Assembly (NCBI GenBank): GCA_045106895.1
Contig: JBGCFM010000098.1
Location: 1-11,174 of the forward strand
Direction: 5' to 3'
DNA: 11,174 nt
Origin: Polyangiales bacterium
GTDB taxonomy: Bacteria; Myxococcota_A; Polyangia; Polyangiales; Houyiibacteriaceae
The first letter of the stretch is position 1. Each line of letters begins with the position of its first letter. The translations under genes and the position numbers were made by a program. The notes under the pieces were generated by a model that saw only the letters and a list, made by a program, of their open reading frames with translations, ran no database searches and was not told the origin of the DNA. This document shows, piece by piece, positions 6,803-11,174 of this stretch.

Positions 6803-7996
6803 CTAGCGACGAGCGCCTTGGGCGACCCAACTTTCCACGAGCTGAATGTCCTCATAGGAGAGCGGCGGCATTCCCAGCGGCATCCCGCGTATATCTTCGG
6901 CGGCCTGCGAAGACACCTCGCGATGTCGCGCAAGGAGGACCTCAACGACACGCGGGACCTCGTCGTTGAACAAAATAGAATAGCGGCGACCTTCTTCGTT
7001 CACGGCGCCGCTCATGATGCCCTCATAGCTTGAGAGGTCGAGTCGTCGGGCCGGGAACCCAAACCCGCCGGTGTTTCCTGGGCCGCCTTCGGAGCGCGCG
7101 TAGTCGGGGTCACCGTGGCAGTGCCAACAGAGACGACGAAAGACCCGGCTCTCCACTTCGTCGTGGAACACGTCGCGTTCAAGAACGGGCAAACGTGCTT
7201 CAGCGGTGTCGCGAGCAGGGGTGGGAACCGGCGTCATGAGGAACGCCACGACATCGTTTGCGTCGGTCCGTGAGTAGCCCGTCTGCGGCATGCTTGTATC
7301 GCCGTCCATCGCCTGCGGATCCATCAGCCAGCGGACGAGCTGTGAGCGCTGCCAACGGTCGACGTGCGCGAGATCCGGGGCTCGCCGCGCGGACTCAGCG
7401 TCCTCCAGCATGCCTCCCGGGAGCGCCTCTCCGCCCCGCTGATGGCATCGACCACACTGACCCTCAGTGAGCAGCGCCTGGCCTCTCTCGGCGTCGCCCC
7501 GCTCGATCGCTTCTATGTCTTCTTCGGGGACCAAGGCATCCGCGATGAGGTCCGCTTGCTCCTGCGTGACAGCCAGCCGAGGCATCATGGGGCCAAGGTT
7601 TGGCCGCAGGTCTTGCGGGTTTGTCAGAAATTCAGAGACCCACGCGCGGCGAAAGTGACGGACGCGGCCAAGATCTAGGGTGTCTATGAGCGCGCTCTCC
7701 GTCTCGCTGAGTCGCTCTTGCCAGCGAGCGAGGATCGAAGCGTCGGCGTCAAACTCGCCGCGCAAGATCTCTTGGTGACATCCAGTGCAGTTCTTGATGG
7801 CACTCACCTCGCCGGCGCCCTGATGGCAACGCGCGCACTCGAAACGCGCGAGGAGCGCTGTTCCTTGCTGGACCTGCGAAGCGCTAGAGACGTGGCTCGC
7901 GGCCACCTCCTTCTGTGGCGGCGCGTGCGTCGTGTCCTGCAACGTGGAACAAGCGCTCAGAGCGCATAACGCGACTGCTAGCTGATGGGACGACAT
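6803..7996 (-). CDS. Multiheme c-type cytochrome lipoprotein with 4 CxxCH (~397 aa)
   Basis: Lipobox-like MSSHQLAVALCALSA|C. CARCH (7823-7837), CTGCH (7775-7789), CGRCH (7442-7456), CWHCH (7115-7129). Three class-I-type 'MP' distal-Met motifs. Alternative start at 8032. Confidence 0.9.
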   Translation of the reverse strand: MSSHQLAVALCALSACSTLQDTTHAPPQKEVAASHVSSASQVQQGTALLARFECARCHQGAGEVSAIKNCTGCHQEILRGEFDADASILARWQERLSETESALIDTLDLGRVRHFRRAWVSEFLTNPQDLRPNLGPMMPRLAVTQEQADLIADALVPEEDIEAIERGDAERGQALLTEGQCGRCHQRGGEALPGGMLEDAESARRAPDLAHVDRWQRSQLVRWLMDPQAMDGDTSMPQTGYSRTDANDVVAFLMTPVPTPARDTAEARLPVLERDVFHDEVESRVFRRLCWHCHGDPDYARSEGGPGNTGGFGFPARRLDLSSYEGIMSGAVNEEGRRYSILFNDEVPRVVEVLLARHREVSSQAAEDIRGMPLGMPPLSYEDIQLVESWVAQGARR

Positions 7997-8583
7997 ACGC
8001 CACGACCAGCTCCGTGGGTCCGTCGCATACATTCGCGTAGGACGCGTTCGCTTTGTCCTTCTTCGCCGAAGCGCTCTAGGAGGATCGCCATCGTTCGAAA
8101 AGCGAAGGTGTCCGGGAGAACGTCGGACAGCGGTGTGAGTAGGTCGTAGGCTTCACGCTGCGTGGCGGCGTCCAGCGTGAGGGCTTCGGCGAGACGTGCG
8201 GCGAGAACCACGTCGTGGGGTCGAGCCGCGTGGAGACGCCGGAGTGTCTGCGTCGCCCAGTCGATGTTCTCTCCCGCGCGTCGCTCCTCGGGACTTCGGC
8301 GGGAGCTTGCGAGGTCGACGTCTCCGCGCAGGCGCACCGCTGTCACGGCCATGACCCGCTCCGCTCGACCGCGAAGGGCAGCGTCGCGAGGTCGCCTTGC
8401 GCTGCGGTGAACGCGTTGGGCGGTGCGGAATGCGCGACGTAGGTGCCCCGTGGTCAGCGCACGCTCGGCGCGCCGTAGGCGGGAGACGAGCGGATTGACG
8501 GCGTGTTCGACGCCGTTGTGACAGGCCCTGGCTTCGGAAGCCGGGAGAGAAAGGAGGGTCGCGACGAGGGCCAGAATGCGCAT
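7978..8583 (-). CDS. Secreted Arg/Ala-rich helical (TPR-like) hypothetical protein, 201 aa
   Basis: ATG 8583 opens a signal peptide MRILALVATLLSLPASEARA|CHNG, followed by amphipathic helical-repeat-like sequence. The stop overlaps the cytochrome gene start. Confidence 0.72.
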   Translation of the reverse strand: MRILALVATLLSLPASEARACHNGVEHAVNPLVSRLRRAERALTTGHLRRAFRTAQRVHRSARRPRDAALRGRAERVMAVTAVRLRGDVDLASSRRSPEERRAGENIDWATQTLRRLHAARPHDVVLAARLAEALTLDAATQREAYDLLTPLSDVLPDTFAFRTMAILLERFGEEGQSERVLRECMRRTHGAGRGVCRPIS

Positions 8584-8589
8584 GGAGGT

Positions 8590-8617
8590 TCCGACAACGT
8601 GCCTCCGGAAATGTTCC
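8590..8617 (-). promoter_or_regulatory. Candidate ECF (sigmaE-like) promoter GGAACAT-N16-TCGGA, 6 nt before ATG 8583
   Basis: The minus strand reads gaGGAACATttccggaggcacgttgTCGGAacctccATG. Element spacing equals the RpoE-type GAACTT-N16-TCnnA consensus. Confidence 0.4.
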
Positions 8618-8637
8618 TCGGGAAATCCACGGCGGTC

Positions 8638-8643
8638 TATGAT
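8638..8643 (+). promoter_or_regulatory. Putative -10 element TATGAT, 6 nt before ATG 8650; leaderless-type
   Basis: TATGAT-cgcttc-ATG, with no SD. Confidence 0.55.
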
Positions 8644-8649
8644 CGCTTC

Positions 8650-9132
8650 ATGCGTTTTGCGATCTTGGCTTTGCTTGTGGCTTGTGGCGGTGGTGAACTC
8701 CACACCTCTTCGCCGGACGATTTTCCATCCCTCCAAGGGCGACCTGTTTACTCAGCAGCGCTCGACGTGGCGCCAGACGATGTGTCGACGGTGTGGCCCC
8801 TCGTCGAAGAAGCGCTCGCCGCAGAGGTGACGGACGTGGATGCGTGGTCACGCGAGAGAGCGCAGCTTATTCAGCGCCTCGACCCGGAGTGGGGTCGCTT
8901 AGCGCAAGGCGACGTCGACGAGCGCCTCTTTGCCGCCGTCACGCGCGGGCTTCTCTACCACGACCTCGCGTCGCGTGCTCCATCGCCGGAACGTCGCGCC
9001 GAGGCCGTGGGTGAGGCGCGTCGTGCCTACGCGGTGTGCGTGCGAGAGGCCCCCAGCGCCGACGAGGTTCTGAAGGACTGGTCCGCTACCTGCATCGAAC
9101 GCTCCAATGCGCTCGATGCTCTCGAGAACTGA
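8650..9132 (+). CDS. Small helical lipoprotein, hypothetical (160 aa)
   Basis: Short lipoprotein signal MRFAILALLVA|CGGG, a predicted all-alpha body and a C-terminal Cys pair (YAVC...WSATC). The longer ORF-track start at 8503 overlaps the opposite gene and is unlikely. Confidence 0.75.
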   Translation: MRFAILALLVACGGGELHTSSPDDFPSLQGRPVYSAALDVAPDDVSTVWPLVEEALAAEVTDVDAWSRERAQLIQRLDPEWGRLAQGDVDERLFAAVTRGLLYHDLASRAPSPERRAEAVGEARRAYAVCVREAPSADEVLKDWSATCIERSNALDALEN

Positions 9133-9143
9133 TACCTCTATGG

Positions 9144-10037
9144 TTAGAGGCTTGTGCAGCCTTCGGGGCTGCAGAAGCGATAGCCAAAGTCCGGGCATTC
9201 AAACTCAACGACGGCGCCGGAGGCGCTCACGTAGAGCAGACGGGTCTCGCTCAAGCAGTCATTGGGCGTTCCATAGAGACCCGCCGCAGCTTGGCCACAC
9301 CACGCGACGGGGATCTCGCCCTGAACCTGAACGCGGTTGCAGCCGAAGTCGCTTCGCGTCGCGCAGCTAAGGGTTTCTCCGCAGACGCCAATCTGACCAT
9401 CGCGGCAGCGAAGGTCGTTGTCGCTTGTGAAACTCGCGCTGCAGCCATCCTCGAAGACACATATTCCTCGTTCGCAGCTGCCGCCAAAGCTCGCGCAGTC
9501 GATGACCTGGGCTACCGGGTGGCCCCCACACGAGACAGCAGAGTCGCCTTCGCAGAAAGGCATCGGCGGCTCGAGGGGGCAAGTCTGCTCTTCGAAGCAG
9601 ACGTTGAAGTCCGCGCAGTTATCTGCCTCGGCAACGCAGCGCCAGTACTCGCAGTTGCCTTCGGGCAAGTTCGAGAGGTGGAAGGCCGAGCGAGCGAAGA
9701 GGAACGCTTCGTAGGCTTCGTAGGTTTGGCTGAAGGGGATGCCCGCGCACTCGGAGGTTCGAAGAGCCGCTCGGACCGCGCCTTCGTTGTCGATGCCGCA
9801 GGTCAGGGCTTCTTCCAGTCGGTTGCCCGGGGCGCCCGCGTCGTTGCCGGCGTCTCGGGGGACAAAGGCGTCGACACGAGGAACGTCAAAACGGGCCACA
9901 TCGAAGGTTGGAACGTCGGCGGCTCCAGCGTCACGTGTTCCACTGGCATCGGGGAGTGGGTCGTCGACCAATCGAGCGCGGCCACAGCCGAGGAGGGAAA
10001 CAAGCGTGAAAGCGAGGACCAGGCGGAGCATATCCAT
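9144..10037 (-). CDS. Cys-rich lipoprotein (297 aa), myxobacterial type
   Basis: Signal MDMLRLVLAFTLVSLLG|C, a D-A-G/D-V-P linker, then 22 Cys in the C-terminal ~220 aa. Start at 10037 or 10031. The ORF-track extension to 10787 is the antisense shadow of the next gene. Confidence 0.85.
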   Translation of the reverse strand: MDMLRLVLAFTLVSLLGCGRARLVDDPLPDASGTRDAGAADVPTFDVARFDVPRVDAFVPRDAGNDAGAPGNRLEEALTCGIDNEGAVRAALRTSECAGIPFSQTYEAYEAFLFARSAFHLSNLPEGNCEYWRCVAEADNCADFNVCFEEQTCPLEPPMPFCEGDSAVSCGGHPVAQVIDCASFGGSCERGICVFEDGCSASFTSDNDLRCRDGQIGVCGETLSCATRSDFGCNRVQVQGEIPVAWCGQAAAGLYGTPNDCLSETRLLYVSASGAVVEFECPDFGYRFCSPEGCTSL

Positions 10038-10044
10038 GCATAGC

Positions 10045-10050
10045 AGCCTA
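10045..10050 (-). promoter_or_regulatory. Putative -10 element TAGGCT, 7 nt before ATG 10037
   Basis: Minus strand reads TAGGCT-gctatgc-ATG, with no SD. Confidence 0.45.
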
Positions 10051-10053
10051 AGT

Positions 10054-10079
10054 CGCGAAGCCAAACCCGGCGCTTCGCG
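10054..10079. repeat. Perfect 8-bp inverted repeat CGCGAAGC-N10-GCTTCGCG in a divergent intergenic region
   Basis: Arms at 10054-10061 and 10072-10079. Confidence 0.6.
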
Positions 10080-10111
10080 TGTCCTTGGGGCGGGCATCGC
10101 GGCCGTTCGCC

Positions 10112-10120
10112 TGCTATAGC
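10112..10120 (+). promoter_or_regulatory. Putative extended -10 element TG-C-TATAGC, 8 nt before ATG 10129
   Basis: TGn plus TATAGC (lacks the -7 T), with no SD. Confidence 0.4.
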
Positions 10121-10128
10121 TGCCCACG

Positions 10129-11028
10129 ATGACGAGCCGATTCTCTTTTCTTGCGATCTGTTTGGCCCTTTCGCTCTCCGTGGCATGCGGAGACGACGAC
10201 CGTCGCCCAGTCGGTGGCCGCGACAGTGGGCCCGCCGATGCTGGTGTTGATACAAGCCGTCCCCTCGACGCCGGACCGCGCCCCGACGTTGGCCCTCGAA
10301 CGGATGCAGGGCCAGCGCTGCCCGCCGTCGTTTGGGCACACTCGGGACGCGAGCTCTTTCGCTTCGACCCGCTCTCGAACCGCGTGACGTCCGTGGCCGT
10401 GTTCAACACCACCGAAGATCCCGACGCAGCTGACTTCTTCTCGATGACGGACATCGCGGTCCGCTCGGACGGAGCGCTCTTCGGTTTGGGCCGTCGGCGC
10501 GTTTGGAGCATCAACCCAGAGACCGCCGAGTGCACTTCGGTGGTCACGACGGACGTTCTTGGAACGGCGATGAGCTTTGTTCCCGCCGGCGAGATCAGCG
10601 CGCGCGAAGAACTCATCGTCGGGTACGAAGATGATGACGACCGCGCGAAGCTTGCTCGCGTCGACCTGGAGGCGGACCGCGTCGAAGACCTCGCGACCTT
10701 CTCCGGCGACTGTGAGACTTCCGGCGACATCACCTCCATCTCCGGCCTTGGCACCTTCATTACGCTTCGTTGCGCGGATGACGACACCCAAGACTACCTC
10801 GCCACGCTCAACGTCATGACGGCGAGCATCACGATCATCGGACCCACGGGCGTCGAAGATATCTGGGGCCTTGGCTTCTGGGCTGGCGTCTTCTACGGCT
10901 TCACGGAGAGCGGACAGCTCGTCGAGATCAACGCGGACACGGGCGCGAGCACCGTTATCTCCAACGACATTGGTTCCGAAGACGGATTCTGGGGCGCAGG
11001 CGTCACCACCGAAGCGCCTCTCATCTAG
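10129..11028 (+). CDS. Lipoprotein with acidic linker and beta-propeller-like domain (299 aa)
   Basis: Signal MTSRFSFLAICLALSLSVA|CGDDD. Blade-like repeats 'TDIAVRSDGALFG...VWSINPETA', 'TAMSF...LARVDLEA', 'GDITSI...LATLNVMTA', 'WGLGFWAGVFYG...LVEINADTG' and a terminal 'FWGAG'. Confidence 0.82.
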   Translation: MTSRFSFLAICLALSLSVACGDDDRRPVGGRDSGPADAGVDTSRPLDAGPRPDVGPRTDAGPALPAVVWAHSGRELFRFDPLSNRVTSVAVFNTTEDPDAADFFSMTDIAVRSDGALFGLGRRRVWSINPETAECTSVVTTDVLGTAMSFVPAGEISAREELIVGYEDDDDRAKLARVDLEADRVEDLATFSGDCETSGDITSISGLGTFITLRCADDDTQDYLATLNVMTASITIIGPTGVEDIWGLGFWAGVFYGFTESGQLVEINADTGASTVISNDIGSEDGFWGAGVTTEAPLI

Positions 11029-11174
11029 TGAGCGAGCCTCTGCCTCCGGGCCTCGATGTGGCTCCTCAACCGATGCCAGCGCCTTTGGGCGCTGAGCCGC
11101 CTGAGCCCAAAAAGGAAAAGAAGAAGCGAAAGCCCCTGATCCCCCGGCCCGTCAAGCGCGTGCTGGGGTGGATC
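11028..11174 (+). CDS. 5' partial CDS, probably a membrane protein, running off the window end
   Basis: GTG at 11028 overlaps the upstream TAG (TAGTG). The frame is open to the end: MSEPLPPGLDVAPQPMPAPLGAEPPEPKKEKKKRKPLIPRPVKRVLGWI. A Pro-rich then Lys-rich tail leads into a hydrophobic segment. Alternative ATG at 11073. Not in the ORF track. Confidence 0.65.
   Translation, partial: MSEPLPPGLDVAPQPMPAPLGAEPPEPKKEKKKRKPLIPRPVKRVLGWI

Noticed and set aside
9036..10043. 335-aa plus-strand ORF
   Set aside because: It is antisense to the well-supported Cys-rich lipoprotein and has no recognisable features.
10038..10787. N-terminal 250-aa extension of the 547-aa minus-strand ORF
   Set aside because: It is the Ser/Arg-rich antisense shadow of the 10129-11028 gene. 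The real signal peptide and a putative -10 element lie at 10037-10050.
11091..11131. CTGAGCC direct repeat and A/G-rich tract near the window end as a regulatory element
   Set aside because: It is explained by the coding sequence (AEPPEPKKEKKKRK) of the partial CDS beginning at 11028.

Overview
GC-rich, gene-dense bacterial window that looks like Myxococcota (Polyangiales/Sandaracinaceae-like). That placement is inferred from several lipoproteins with 'C-G-D-D-D...D-A-G' linkers and Cys-rich repeats. It holds eleven complete CDS plus one 5' partial: DUF1285-like protein, TlpA-type thioredoxin, UbiA-family decaprenyl-phosphate phosphoribosyltransferase-like protein, SRPBCC protein (-), a 948-aa lipoprotein, hemW, a tetra-CxxCH c-type cytochrome lipoprotein (-), a secreted helical protein (-), a small helical lipoprotein, a 22-Cys lipoprotein (-), a beta-propeller-like lipoprotein and the start of a probable membrane protein. 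I saw no RNA genes, mobile elements or CRISPR arrays. Most notable: (1) the 948-aa lipoprotein appears to hold a circularly permuted PF00756-type alpha/beta-hydrolase, with the Ser-Asp-His half before the normally N-terminal half, a ~335-aa Ca-binding-like insertion, and Ig-like and ZU5-like domains in front; (2) most transcription-unit-leading genes have a -10-like hexamer 5-9 nt before the ATG, suggesting pervasive leaderless mRNAs; (3) a candidate sigmaE-type promoter precedes a two-gene unit of a secreted protein and an unusual multiheme cytochrome that converges on hemW; (4) a degenerate 13-bp tandem repeat fills one intergenic gap. All family assignments are by eye from motif recall, with no database searches.
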